DNA from: a virus
IMG/VR virus record: IMGVR_UViG_3300030397_000361
Coordinates: 25 to 64,024 of that record
Strand: one strand, 5' to 3'
Length of the DNA stretch: 64,000 nucleotides
Part shown: in pieces, positions 28,493 through 37,658 of the stretch
How the letters are laid out: each line of letters opens with the position of its first letter
How positions within the stretch are numbered: the stretch's first letter is position 1
Position numbers and translations under genes: made by a program
Notes under the pieces: model-generated
The model's database searches: none
Told to the model about the DNA's origin: nothing
The model's input: the letters and a program-made list of their open reading frames with translations, nothing else

Positions 28493-28907
28493 TATCGTTC
28501 AGTTCATCGACCGTTGCAGCGTCAATGTTGTCAGGATGGATAAGCGGCTCATAACCAAGGCTCCGAAATTGCATTGAAAAGATCGAGATAATCAGGCGAT
28601 ACTTCAACACCTGCGCGTTGAGGTTTTCTAGCGTTTTGCTGAGTGTCGCTAGTTCCACCTGCGCCTCGCGCATATCCTGACGGAGATTGGCAACCTCAAG
28701 GCGCAAGAAGTCGTTTTGCGTTTGCAGGTAGTCAGCTTGATTTTTGTATTCGTTTATCAGTTCCCGAGCCGCTTTGGTAGCAGTCTCGGCTATCGTCGAT
28801 TCGGCTGCGGCATTAGATTTCCGGCGATTGAACAGGCCGGAAACAATGCCGCCGCTCATCGCGGATGCCAACGCAACGACGATTGTGATGATTGACGCTT
28901 GATCCAT
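28428..28907 (-). CDS. Membrane-anchored coiled-coil protein (lysis-region, holin/spanin-like)
   Basis: N-terminal TM helix followed by heptad repeats. Confidence 0.55.
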   Translation of the reverse strand: MDQASIITIVVALASAMSGGIVSGLFNRRKSNAAAESTIAETATKAARELINEYKNQADYLQTQNDFLRLEVANLRQDMREAQVELATLSKTLENLNAQVLKYRLIISIFSMQFRSLGYEPLIHPDNIDAATVDELNDIASSLNSLQKRRDQKKGGGSE

Positions 28908-29012
28908 CGTTACCCGATCCGCTGAAATGGTGCTATCATTTGGTTAGCCTCCCGCATCCCCCGATGCGTTAGGTTAGTGTCAGACGGCGGCGGGCGGCTG
29001 CCGTCTGGTACG

Positions 29013-29249
29013 CTACTGGAATTTTCCTTTAGCCGCCGTGGTAAGCGGCTGACCTGTCAGATGTCGCAAATACATCACAGCGGCGCTGACAATGATCGCC
29101 GCAATGCCTTGATACTCAGCCGGGGCCAGCTCGATCAATTCCTTGACTTGCGGCAATGTCAGAATGGCGATACCAAAGCCCGCAAGGATGATTGCGAAGC
29201 GGTTGGTTTTGCTCTTGAGCCACGGTTTGCCGGTGTTAAAATCTGTCAT
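29013..29249 (-). CDS. Putative holin
   Basis: 78 aa, KPWLKSKT, two hydrophobic segments, YLRHLTGQP. Confidence 0.7.
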   Translation of the reverse strand: MTDFNTGKPWLKSKTNRFAIILAGFGIAILTLPQVKELIELAPAEYQGIAAIIVSAAVMYLRHLTGQPLTTAAKGKFQ

Positions 29250-29269
29250 TTGTCCCCCAATTTGGGCAT

Positions 29270-29314
29270 AAAAAAAGAGGCGGCAATCCGATCTTTCGAC
29301 CGTTTCACCGCCCC
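29270..29314 (-). terminator. Terminator in the leader before the holin
   Basis: GGCGG...GCCGCC stem with internal CGGTC-GAAA-GATCG hairpin and a T7 tract. Confidence 0.7.
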
Positions 29315-29356
29315 AACAATGTTCCGTCTAGGCTAAAACATTCGTTCTATGTATTT

Positions 29357-29384
29357 ATTTTACCATACGATTACTTTACGTCAA
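29357..29384 (-). promoter_or_regulatory. Putative late promoter B
   Basis: TTGACG-16-TAAAAT with extended TG; shares TGTTGACGTAA and GGTAAAATAA with promoter A. Confidence 0.65.
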
Positions 29385-29613
29385 CAGTTTTACACGCTTC
29401 TTTAAGTATCTGCATCGCCTCGCCTGCGCTTTTATTGATCGTCGGGAGTAGGTTTAAGAGCCGTCGCTCGTCTTTTTGGTCGATGAATAGAAATGATGTC
29501 GTGTCCGGCTCTGATCCAAGCGCGTTCAAAACCTTTTCGGCTTGAAGATACTGGCTGACTGCTGAGTAAATAATTGATTTCTGCGCTGCAATGATAATTT
29601 CTTTTTTATCCAT
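29371..29613 (-). CDS. Hypothetical protein
   Basis: 80 aa; promoter B lies in its 3' end. Confidence 0.6.
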   Translation of the reverse strand: MDKKEIIIAAQKSIIYSAVSQYLQAEKVLNALGSEPDTTSFLFIDQKDERRLLNLLPTINKSAGEAMQILKEACKTVDVK

Positions 29614-29868
29614 CTATTCTTGATCCTTGTATTGCCAGTCTCCACCACCGAAAGGCACGTCAACCCACTCGTCATCTATCATTTGCTGGCAGGCGAAATA
29701 TGGCTTATATCGTCGCTCGCCTTCGCCCTCGAAACATAGTTTTTCCGTAACGACTTGAGCGAATGCCATTAGGATAGCAACAAAACCAAACGCCACAGCA
29801 AGGAAAAACACAGTCGTTATCAAACTCATTATAAACATTGATATTTTATCTAGAATCTCTTCCATCAA
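29614..29868 (-). CDS. Hypothetical membrane protein
   Basis: One TM segment; coupled to neighbours. Confidence 0.55.
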   Translation of the reverse strand: MMEEILDKISMFIMSLITTVFFLAVAFGFVAILMAFAQVVTEKLCFEGEGERRYKPYFACQQMIDDEWVDVPFGGGDWQYKDQE

Positions 29869-30101
29869 CTATGCCCCCAAATCATCACCACGCCATTTGA
29901 GAGGTGATGAGCTTCAAACTCAGCCGCGTTGGGGAACATTGGTATATGCGCCCCTTCACGCTCCCATACGTCATAGGGCGTAAACGCTAGCCAGTCTTCA
30001 TCGCCGCCAAGCGTTGACAGTCGCCTATACTCCATTGGTGCGTCCGCAAACTTCCATACTAAAATCGTTGTCATCAAATCCTCTGGTCGAAAAGTTTCCA
30101 C
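29865..30101 (-). CDS. Hypothetical protein
   Basis: 78 aa ORF in the operon. Confidence 0.55.
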   Translation of the reverse strand: METFRPEDLMTTILVWKFADAPMEYRRLSTLGGDEDWLAFTPYDVWEREGAHIPMFPNAAEFEAHHLSNGVVMIWGHS

Positions 30102-30356
30102 ACAGCGCCAATCAAAACCCCGACCATCAAAACCCTGTCGTAGCCAGGGTTCACAGCTTGGCTAACAATGTACGCAGCAATCAAGGCGATGACCGCAATC
30201 ATCAAGACAATGATTTCTTTATATGTTTTTTGTGATTTCATCAAATCCTCTCGTATTACACAACCACTGACCAGCAACCGACCGGGCCGAACAAACCAAT
30301 CCCTCATTAATTTAAGAGTCTAATTTAATGATTGATGGTCAGTTGCTAGTCACTGG

Positions 30357-30863
30357 CTATATACACTGGAGCCAGCCACCACCACGTTGGCTCGGCTTAA
30401 CTGGTATCCCGTTCTCTCCACCGATCCGCAATAGCTCTGGTTGACGACGCTTGGCTAGCTCGGCTTCCTCAATCGCGTCGATGTCCATTTGGCTCTGCGG
30501 CGTGTAGGCAACGATTGATTGTGCATTAAGCCCGTATTGTTCCATCGTGTCCAGTTGTCGGCGGGCGTGATGATTGCGATTGCAGCCCAAAATCTGCCGG
30601 GCTTTATCAAGGCTGATCCTGTTTTTGTTGCCAGCCTGGACGAAAGCCTGTTTAAGTAACTCATACTTTTGTTCGCGCTTATAATTCCGGCTATCCACCG
30701 GACTGCTGATGTCTAATCCATATTTTCTGATTTTCTTCCGGTAAGTGATCCAATCAGGGTATCCCGATATGCGTTTAACGTCTGCTATCGTGTATCCTTC
30801 AATGCTCTCGATCTCGGCAACCTGGCTTATGTATTTCGCAAGCATTTTCATTGATAGTGCCAT
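30357..30863 (-). CDS. Putative DNA-binding protein
   Basis: Basic and helical, two HTH-like segments; AAGGA SD. Confidence 0.5.
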   Translation of the reverse strand: MALSMKMLAKYISQVAEIESIEGYTIADVKRISGYPDWITYRKKIRKYGLDISSPVDSRNYKREQKYELLKQAFVQAGNKNRISLDKARQILGCNRNHHARRQLDTMEQYGLNAQSIVAYTPQSQMDIDAIEEAELAKRRQPELLRIGGENGIPVKPSQRGGGWLQCI

Positions 30864-30998
30864 AATCTAATCCTTACGGCTGGCAGAGTGCCCACCCTGC
30901 CAGCCTATCCAAAATCCACGCGGCGCAGTCAGTCGCGCCCCACAGCGGCCAATCTGGTTAGCCCCTATAGGCCGAGGCTAACGGCTCGACCTTGAATA

Positions 30999-31235
30999 CT
31001 ATAACAACCTCCATAGTTTGCGCGGCGTATTTCTTGTAGGCTCTTCCCGAAAAACAACATCATTATTATTATTGAGCATTTTCCTTAAATGATACCTTAT
31101 TGACGGCCCTGTAACATTGAATATCCTGCTCAATTCGACAACAGATAGCTCGCCTCTCTCAAACAAAACATCCCTGATTTCATCCACTGTCACACCTTTT
31201 TCAGCATTAGACAGATGCCTTTTCGTTCTCATCAT
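30999..31235 (-). CDS. Winged-HTH protein
   Basis: LSVVELSRIFNVTGPSIRYHLRKM; probable start MMRTK overlapping the MazG stop. Confidence 0.7.
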   Translation of the reverse strand: MMRTKRHLSNAEKGVTVDEIRDVLFERGELSVVELSRIFNVTGPSIRYHLRKMLNNNNDVVFREEPTRNTPRKLWRLL

Positions 31236-31597
31236 CGGCTGTCCCCGCTTCCGCTGATCTTGCCGCGTTTCTCGCGGTCGTATAATTTTTCGATGTTGGC
31301 TATAGCAACCTGATCGAGCGTGAATCCTAACGCTTTGGCAGCCTGCGTCAGATGCCACAAAACGTCGCCAAGTTCGTGCAACAGGGCAAGGTTATCTGTC
31401 GGGATCATCTCGCCATTACGATCCCTGATGATCTTCGACATTTTACCTGCAACTTCACCAGCCTCGGCGGCCAGGGCCAGGATATGATACTCTAAATTGC
31501 CAGGGCATTTATCCGTTCTGGCTGATAGCACCTGATATTCGCCCATCGTCATTTCGGTCAATTCTTGCCAGTTAATGCCGTCCTTTGATTGTTTCAT
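31232..31597 (-). CDS. mazG: MazG-like nucleotide pyrophosphohydrolase
   Basis: LAAEAGEVAGKMSK, HELGDVLWHL, NIEKL...GSGDSR. Confidence 0.9.
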   Translation of the reverse strand: MKQSKDGINWQELTEMTMGEYQVLSARTDKCPGNLEYHILALAAEAGEVAGKMSKIIRDRNGEMIPTDNLALLHELGDVLWHLTQAAKALGFTLDQVAIANIEKLYDREKRGKISGSGDSR

Positions 31598-31989
31598 TTC
31601 ACCCTCTCGATCAATTCAAGAACCTTTGGCACTACGCCTTTCTCGATTGCATCGCCCAAATGCAGATCATCGCGCCAGTTGATTTGCAGCAAAACAAACA
31701 CATCTTCCAGATGCCGCTTCACATCATTGCGTTCTGCCATCCAATGAAGCGCCGCGTCGTCAGTCGGCACGAATTCAACCGGCTGGCTTGGAACGTTGAT
31801 CTTATGTATCGCTGTGATTGTCTTGTCGGAGAATTGAGGTAAAGCCAAAATATCATTAATCCCAAAGCCAGCATCTTGGTTCACGGCAATGAACTTGGTC
31901 TGCTTGCCAAACCTCTCGAATACCCATTCAACTTGCCATAAGTCCAATGTATGCCTCTCCAAATCTCGCCACTCCATTACATTCATCAT
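31594..31989 (-). CDS. Hypothetical protein
   Basis: 131 aa ORF coupled to mazG. Confidence 0.6.
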   Translation of the reverse strand: MMNVMEWRDLERHTLDLWQVEWVFERFGKQTKFIAVNQDAGFGINDILALPQFSDKTITAIHKINVPSQPVEFVPTDDAALHWMAERNDVKRHLEDVFVLLQINWRDDLHLGDAIEKGVVPKVLELIERVK

Positions 31990-32207
31990 TTCGCTTCATC
32001 TCCTCTGAATCAACTTGCGGATATGTGTCTTTCTGTCACTTGTTGATTTGCCACCACGCGATAATGTTGGCAATGCCACCGAGAAAATGTCCAACTATCA
32101 GCGGTATGCCAACTGCTAAATAGTGCGGCAACTCATTACCTTTCATTAGGGTATATGTCAACACATATACCGATACCGATATAGCAATAAGAATGATTAG
32201 TGCCATC

Positions 32208-32468
32208 CTAAATACCTAGTCCTTTCTGCACAGCCCCAAGCCGCCGCGCTTGCTCATCCTCACTCAGTGGTCGAGACTTGAAATTGCCCCAACCTTCGAT
32301 GCTGCCCAGGCTGACATTGTTCGCCATCGCCCACTGCTGCTTGGCGAGGTTTTGCATCTTGACCTCGTTTGACGTTGATATGACTTCCATCTCGCTAACG
32401 TCGGCTGATTGCCGGTTGCCAGCGGCGTTGAAATAGTGGATGGTGCCGGTGACTTTATAGGTTTGCAT
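32208..32468 (-). CDS. Hypothetical protein
   Basis: Probable start MQTYK overlapping the upstream gene. Confidence 0.5.
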   Translation of the reverse strand: MQTYKVTGTIHYFNAAGNRQSADVSEMEVISTSNEVKMQNLAKQQWAMANNVSLGSIEGWGNFKSRPLSEDEQARRLGAVQKGLGI

Positions 32469-32654
32469 TGTCGGCCCCATCCACGATTGATTGCGCGATG
32501 TCGATAAACTCGCGGTTGATCCGGCCATTGTGCCACCTGACGATGAACCGGTGCAACAACGTCTCATATCGCATATAGCCAAACTGGAATGAGGTTAGGT
32601 CGTTGTGCGCCCGCTCGTCAGATTCGATAATTCTGATAATCTCTGGTCTGTCCA

Positions 32655-33146
32655 TTACTTATCTTCCTTTTTTCGTTCGTATTCAGTATTATTGTCAGAT
32701 AGTTTTCTGGCCTCATCCCACAAAGCTTCATATAAATCAGATGATATATGTTTCTTGACTAATTTGTTAAAGTAATACAATGGCCCGTATTTCTTTTTTG
32801 GTTGATTTTGAATGATGCACTTAATAGCAATGTCGCATCTATCCCTCATATGTATAGCAGCAATGCCCCATTGCGATTTCAAGCGGCGACTCCGCTTGTG
32901 CAATTGTCGCTTTATGTCTTTTTGTATGGACTTAACCGCCATTATAATCTGATGGCACTCTGACGGCTCAAGCCTTTCCACAAACATTGCCAGCTTGTCA
33001 TCTGGCAAATGTATGATTTCTTTTGCTAATTCGGCGGGTGATTCGCTTCGCTTTCTTGATAGCCACCTTTCGCGCAAATCGTCAAGATTATGCGCCATTG
33101 CGCGAGACCCTTGCGAAGAACTACTGGTAATCATCACTCCTCCCAT
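32655..33146 (-). CDS. Hypothetical protein
   Basis: 163 aa ORF after the DnaC-like gene. Confidence 0.55.
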   Translation of the reverse strand: MGGVMITSSSSQGSRAMAHNLDDLRERWLSRKRSESPAELAKEIIHLPDDKLAMFVERLEPSECHQIIMAVKSIQKDIKRQLHKRSRRLKSQWGIAAIHMRDRCDIAIKCIIQNQPKKKYGPLYYFNKLVKKHISSDLYEALWDEARKLSDNNTEYERKKEDK

Positions 33147-33982
33147 TTCATCGCCGGTCGTGCGCTGCCCTGGCGATTATGCACAATTGAAAATCGGCCA
33201 TCCCTCACGCGGTCAAGTATCGCTGGCGGTAGTGTCTCAGGATCAACATTGGAGGCAAACACGGTTACAGTCTCGCGCTTTAATGCCTGGTTGTATCGCT
33301 CGTCCAAAAAATCAAAGCGAAACTCATCTGCAAACCCGGTTTCTCGCACCTTGTCAAGCTCGTCAATTGCCAGAAACTTGATGTCCTTTAACCGATTGAA
33401 CCGCTCAATATAACCCAAGTTGGCATATGGATCATTGTCCAATTGCTTTTGTTCGCGGAAGCTGTCACGCATCCAATTGATGAGCGTCGAAAATTTGACG
33501 TACATCGCGGGCCCGTCACCCGCCTCATTGATCTCATTAACCATTGCCATCAGCGCGACGCTTTTGGCGTTGCCACTGCCGCCCCACAAATACAACCACC
33601 CCTTTGGATCATCTATCATCGCTTGGCACTTGTTCAGCATTTCGGCATTGTCATCCGTTTGGGCGATATGGCTTAATCGTATGTCCAGGTCTGATCCTAA
33701 TAATCCGTTAATTGACTGCAACCGCTCAAGACGCTCAGGGTTGTGGCTTGGATCGTCGCAAGGAATCGGCTTACCAAATTGCGAATGATCCGGCTCGACA
33801 TCGGCCATCAAAAAGCCTTTGTCACCGCACTTAAGACACATAGGCCGTGGTCTTTCCTGTGGCCGGGTCGAAGACTTTGGACATATGGCCTGTGGTGTTT
33901 GCGATTCGGTTTTGCTCGGATGAATCTTGCTTACTACCTCTGCTATTGCTTGCATATCGTTTCTGCTCCTTTCGTGAGCCAT
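33134..33982 (-). CDS. DnaC/IstB-like helicase loader ATPase
   Basis: CxxC zinc region (CLKCGDKG...PCDD); variant Walker A GGSGNAKS; Walker B LAIDELD; VFASN. Confidence 0.88.
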   Translation of the reverse strand: MAHERSRNDMQAIAEVVSKIHPSKTESQTPQAICPKSSTRPQERPRPMCLKCGDKGFLMADVEPDHSQFGKPIPCDDPSHNPERLERLQSINGLLGSDLDIRLSHIAQTDDNAEMLNKCQAMIDDPKGWLYLWGGSGNAKSVALMAMVNEINEAGDGPAMYVKFSTLINWMRDSFREQKQLDNDPYANLGYIERFNRLKDIKFLAIDELDKVRETGFADEFRFDFLDERYNQALKRETVTVFASNVDPETLPPAILDRVRDGRFSIVHNRQGSARPAMKWEE

Positions 33983-34880
33983 TTAACTTATGTGCGGCCA
34001 GTGATCTTGATCGCTTAACGCCTTTAATCACACCTCTGGCATACCCCCAATTTCGAGCATCACATAACACCGCCTGCTCAATCGCGTACAAAATCCAATC
34101 TTCTGCTGTCTCATCCCCCTGCGGCTGATCGGCTAATATCTGCCTGATTTCGTCAAGTTCCGCCTTAATGCCATCGCTAATTATCGGGCTAATTGCGCCA
34201 ATCTCGTTTTGGTATGCTTTGCTGATACTGGCAAAACCTTGGTCAATCGGGCCGAAGTCCAAATCAGAGCCATCGTCATAGTCGGGCGCGTGCGTGCGCG
34301 TTGTAGTAGTAGGATTCTTTTCTGACTCTATATCTAACCCTAACCCTAATACTATCGGCCCGCCCATCGCTTTAGGTGTTTCTTTAGGTAAAGCTTTGGC
34401 TGAACCTTTAGGTAACTGCGCATAGCAATCATCCACTCTACCATTAAGGTCGTTACCTGTCGGTGACTCTGACTTCGCCTCGTTTTCGCCCTTCCAATTA
34501 TCGGTCAACACTTGCCCCCCCTGGCGGTATCGTTTGCGATCCTGCCAGCCCTCCATTGGCGGCAACTCTGACGGATAGGCCCATTGCGGATGCTGGTACT
34601 GCCACCAGTTTAGAATCTGTATGCAAGTCTTAGAGCCAGCTTTGTAAATGGCAATACATTCGGCTGTTTCAATCTCATCCAAGTCGGCTTGCACATCATC
34701 GGCTGAAATGTTGTCGAATGGGAAGACGATGGCCTTGACAAGCTTTGGATTGCCCTTGAGCCTTCCTTGATCATCGGCATTACTGATAAGGCCGATGAAC
34801 AATAACCGCTGCCTGTAGTTCAATTCCATTAATGATTCGCTTTGCCAAAATGCCGGGTCAATCATTCTACGACTTGCCAT
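33831..34880 (-). CDS. Phage replication initiator (DnaD-like C-terminal region)
   Basis: RRMIDPAFW, LLFIGLISNADDQGR N-terminus; C-terminal AYQNEIG...AIEQAV...NWGYARGVI; start MASRR with GGAG SD. Confidence 0.85.
   Translation of the reverse strand: MASRRMIDPAFWQSESLMELNYRQRLLFIGLISNADDQGRLKGNPKLVKAIVFPFDNISADDVQADLDEIETAECIAIYKAGSKTCIQILNWWQYQHPQWAYPSELPPMEGWQDRKRYRQGGQVLTDNWKGENEAKSESPTGNDLNGRVDDCYAQLPKGSAKALPKETPKAMGGPIVLGLGLDIESEKNPTTTTRTHAPDYDDGSDLDFGPIDQGFASISKAYQNEIGAISPIISDGIKAELDEIRQILADQPQGDETAEDWILYAIEQAVLCDARNWGYARGVIKGVKRSRSLAAHKLNGSRKEQKRYASNSRGSKQDSSEQNRIANTTGHMSKVFDPATGKTTAYVS
34370..34415. repeat. Iteron-like 12-bp-period repeats inside the initiator gene
   Basis: CTTTAGGT at 34370, 34382 and 34406; degenerate CTTTGGCT at 34394. 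Confidence 0.55.
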
Positions 34881-34941
34881 AACTCCACCTTTACCGCCTC
34901 TGCGGTCTATCATATCTCTGTCAACTGTCTGACAGATTGCT

Positions 34942-35232
34942 TCATTTTTGTTTCTTTTGCTCTTCGGCTTTGTTCGCTGCATCAAGATGGGCACGCAATG
35001 TCTTTTCCCAGGCATCTGTCACGGAATGTCCCCTATCTCTATAGCAACCATAGATACCTGACAAAGCGGTTATGGTGATGTCTCCTGAGTAATCCTGGCT
35101 TATTTTCCGGTAAACCTGCTCATCTGTCACGGGCACGGTGTGTTTGTCAATCATAATTGATATTCCTATGCTGCCTATCTCGATACTGCCTAATCTCAAT
35201 GTCCAAAACATTAGCCTCGCTGATAGCCTCAC
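34942..35232 (-). CDS. Hypothetical protein
   Basis: ORF track; true start probably later (MIDKH). Confidence 0.45.
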   Translation of the reverse strand: MRLSARLMFWTLRLGSIEIGSIGISIMIDKHTVPVTDEQVYRKISQDYSGDITITALSGIYGCYRDRGHSVTDAWEKTLRAHLDAANKAEEQKKQK

Positions 35233-35362
35233 TCAGCATCTTCGCCAACGTTTGCCGGTGCCGATCTTCCAGCACCGCATGCAGGGCAGCACGCAAGGCG
35301 GCTTTCCGCTGTGCCAGTTTCCATTGTTTCTCGGTTAACGTTTGCAGTCTGATGTTGTGCAT
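35147..35362 (-). CDS. Hypothetical protein
   Basis: 71 aa helical ORF. Confidence 0.5.
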   Translation of the reverse strand: MHNIRLQTLTEKQWKLAQRKAALRAALHAVLEDRHRQTLAKMLSEAISEANVLDIEIRQYRDRQHRNINYD

Positions 35363-35641
35363 AATAATGGCTACGACTAAGACATATGTCTGACTAAACG
35401 TTAGCGGATCAACTTCAATTGATAAATGTTGATCACGCCCGGTCTGCTCAAGGCCCTGGCCCTGGCATCCGCTTTGCTTGGCGCTTCGATCTCGCGCCGC
35501 TCGTGAACAAACGCATTTGGATCGTCGGGCTTTTTTGGATTGCGGAGGATGGCAACGTAGGTGTATTTCACACGAACCAGCCTATCGCAAACGCGATAAC
35601 CGCGATGCCCAGCAGCGGGCCGAAATAGATGATTGCTTCGG

Positions 35642-35890
35642 TCATCGTGTTGCCTCCAACCGCTCTGGAACAATGCCATCAGCGAGTGATTCCAGCGCAT
35701 AGCGTATTTGCTCGGTTGTGGTTCCTTCACGGCTAAATGTCGTGCCGTAAATGATCCTTGAGCGCCCTATGATCTGACTAACCTGAGCGAACTCACCTAC
35801 CCATTGCAGCCGCATTGTTTTGCCGTTTACGCTACCCTGATACCATTGACCAGTCCAGATCAGGCCAATGGCTTTTAATTCGTTGCTCAT
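35642..35890 (-). CDS. Hypothetical protein
   Basis: 82 aa, coupled to the methylase. Confidence 0.55.
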   Translation of the reverse strand: MSNELKAIGLIWTGQWYQGSVNGKTMRLQWVGEFAQVSQIIGRSRIIYGTTFSREGTTTEQIRYALESLADGIVPERLEATR

Positions 35891-36444
35891 TTCGCTACCT
35901 CTATTGAGACATCGGAAACAACTTCATTTCCCCACGAATCCCAACCGGGCCAAGGGCGGCGCGCAAACATCTCAAGATATTTTCTCCCAGGGTACAGCGC
36001 CTCGATTTTGCGGTATTGGTCGTCTGGCTTGCGGCTATGCTCCATCACGGGTGCATAAATCAAAGACAAGATTCCTCTATCTTCTGGTGTTCCTAACCCT
36101 TTCCCTCTTGTAGCCAACAAGCACACTTCTGCATTTGCTCTGGTGTAGTACCCCATTCCCATAAAATGCCCGAACCCGCTAGGATTCGACTTTATCCACG
36201 TCCAAGCCTGTGTCTTATACGAGAATCCCCAAGCATCAATGACTGACAATGCATCTTTTAAGATCGGGAAAGTGATCCACATAAAAAGAACAGAGTCCTT
36301 GGCGGCTGGGACTGAAATAGAACACAAATCGTCAATGCTCATCGTGTTATAATGCGACTCAGCACTTCGGCCTTGCCCAGTGTCTTTATTCCAAACTCGA
36401 AAAGCCCACGGCGGATCAGCCAGAATAACATCATAATCGGTCAT
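35887..36444 (-). CDS. MT-A70-family adenine methyltransferase
   Basis: ILADPPW, SHYNTM, WGFSYKT, GMGYYTRANAEVCLL, HSRKPD, LEMFAR. Confidence 0.93.
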   Translation of the reverse strand: MTDYDVILADPPWAFRVWNKDTGQGRSAESHYNTMSIDDLCSISVPAAKDSVLFMWITFPILKDALSVIDAWGFSYKTQAWTWIKSNPSGFGHFMGMGYYTRANAEVCLLATRGKGLGTPEDRGILSLIYAPVMEHSRKPDDQYRKIEALYPGRKYLEMFARRPWPGWDSWGNEVVSDVSIEVAK

Positions 36445-37091
36445 CGTGTCACCGCCTCAAATTCAACGACCCACACCCACGGATTGCTTTTGTACGGATA
36501 GCCACGCCTTGCGTTGAGGCCGTCCCACAGATGTTCCCACCATCCATACATGGCGTGAGACATTCCGTTGTTGTTTTCCTGCCAGTATTCAGCGGGGCAG
36601 CCCTCTGCCTTGATGTCGTCAAGGCTGGCTTCGTGCAATCGCTCGATCCTGATGTCAGTCAATCGCAGCGTCAGCCGAGATGCCCAACGGGGCATAAATA
36701 TGCTCGGCATCCATTTGGGCGGCATTGGCAAATCGGGGTCGGGTGTTGCTCTGTTAATCAAGCTCCAGTTATATTGGTCTCTGCTATCCCTGGGTACTTC
36801 GTGCCACCATTGCCCCGAGTGATTTTGAGCTTGCCAAGTTTCACGAATCCACAACGTATCCGCTGTGCCATCGCCGTAAATGCTGCCATATGGCGATCCC
36901 TTTGCCCCATACACGTCATTGAACAAATGGTCTTTCATTGCCTCTACTGATAGATACATTTGACCATCGTATTCAAATCCGAAAGTACATTCAATTGGTT
37001 GAGGCTTGAATATGCGACGTGTATGTGTTTTCTGGCCTGACAACGTAGCGCGAACCATTTCGCCACTCATCAAAAGCGGTTTCTCAGCCAT
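36441..37091 (-). CDS. ASCH/PUA-like phage protein
   Basis: MVRATLSGQKTHTRR, LWIRETW, PSIFMPRWASRLTL, IKAEG, NPWVWVVEF. Confidence 0.75.
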   Translation of the reverse strand: MAEKPLLMSGEMVRATLSGQKTHTRRIFKPQPIECTFGFEYDGQMYLSVEAMKDHLFNDVYGAKGSPYGSIYGDGTADTLWIRETWQAQNHSGQWWHEVPRDSRDQYNWSLINRATPDPDLPMPPKWMPSIFMPRWASRLTLRLTDIRIERLHEASLDDIKAEGCPAEYWQENNNGMSHAMYGWWEHLWDGLNARRGYPYKSNPWVWVVEFEAVTR

Positions 37092-37104
37092 TTTGCACCG
37101 CCTC
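37078..37104 (-). repeat. Gene-junction repeat copy 1 (27 bp)
   Basis: GAGGCGGTGCAAAATGGCTGAGAAACC, identical to 37632..37658. Confidence 0.9.
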
Positions 37105-37302
37105 TCGTCGCTCAGCTATCGCATCCAAAACGACCTGTGATCCCTCACAGTCAGGATTAGCCAAGCAGCGGATAACCCAGGCGGCGATGGCAACATCACG
37201 GTCACACACGGGCAAGGCCATCTCGCTATACTCGAAGGATTTTAGCCCGGTCGGGCCGTTGATCACCTTCTCGCACCAAGCAGAAATGCTATTCTCAGCC
37301 AT
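37084..37302 (-). CDS. Hypothetical protein
   Basis: Starts MAEN in one junction repeat and ends EAVQNG in the next. Confidence 0.6.
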   Translation of the reverse strand: MAENSISAWCEKVINGPTGLKSFEYSEMALPVCDRDVAIAAWVIRCLANPDCEGSQVVLDAIAERREAVQNG

Positions 37303-37310
37303 TTTGCACC
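37292..37310 (-). repeat. Gene-junction repeat copy 2 (19-bp core)
   Basis: GGTGCAAAATGGCTGAGAA. Confidence 0.85.
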
Positions 37311-37645
37311 TCATCATTAGCCAATTCCAGCAACACATCAGCGTGGCACGGTTCTCCAGGCTTGCACCAGCAAGCTAGATTTTTTCCTCGAAGATCGGCA
37401 ATGTTATTCAGTATCCATTGCCGCCGATCTTCCAAGTCAGGCCGGGGTGATGGATTGGTGCCTTTAAGCCACTGGCGAAAAGCTGTCTTAGCATACAGTT
37501 TAGCAGTGGCTATGATGGTTAAATCCGAATCCTTCCAGTTAAACGGATTACCATATTTACTCGGCCTACTCACGATCACTGTATTCCCAGGCTTGCGCCA
37601 GCCCTTAGTTCGCTTTAGGTGGATGCGCTTTGGTTTCTCAGCCAT
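37295..37645 (-). CDS. DUF4326-like protein
   Basis: RPSKYGNPF, LRGKNLACWCKP, CHADVLLELAN. Confidence 0.8.
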   Translation of the reverse strand: MAEKPKRIHLKRTKGWRKPGNTVIVSRPSKYGNPFNWKDSDLTIIATAKLYAKTAFRQWLKGTNPSPRPDLEDRRQWILNNIADLRGKNLACWCKPGEPCHADVLLELANDEVQNG

Positions 37646-37658
37646 TTTGCACCGCCTC
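37632..37658 (-). repeat. Gene-junction repeat copy 3 (27 bp)
   Basis: Identical to 37078..37104. Confidence 0.9.

Noticed and set aside
29270-29320. c-di-GMP-I riboswitch (AAAC-GGTC-GAAA-GATC-GGA resembles P2)
   Set aside because: The GGCAAAC/GGACGCAAA consensus is imperfect and there is no P3 or tetraloop receptor; kept only as a terminator leader. An Rfam search would settle it
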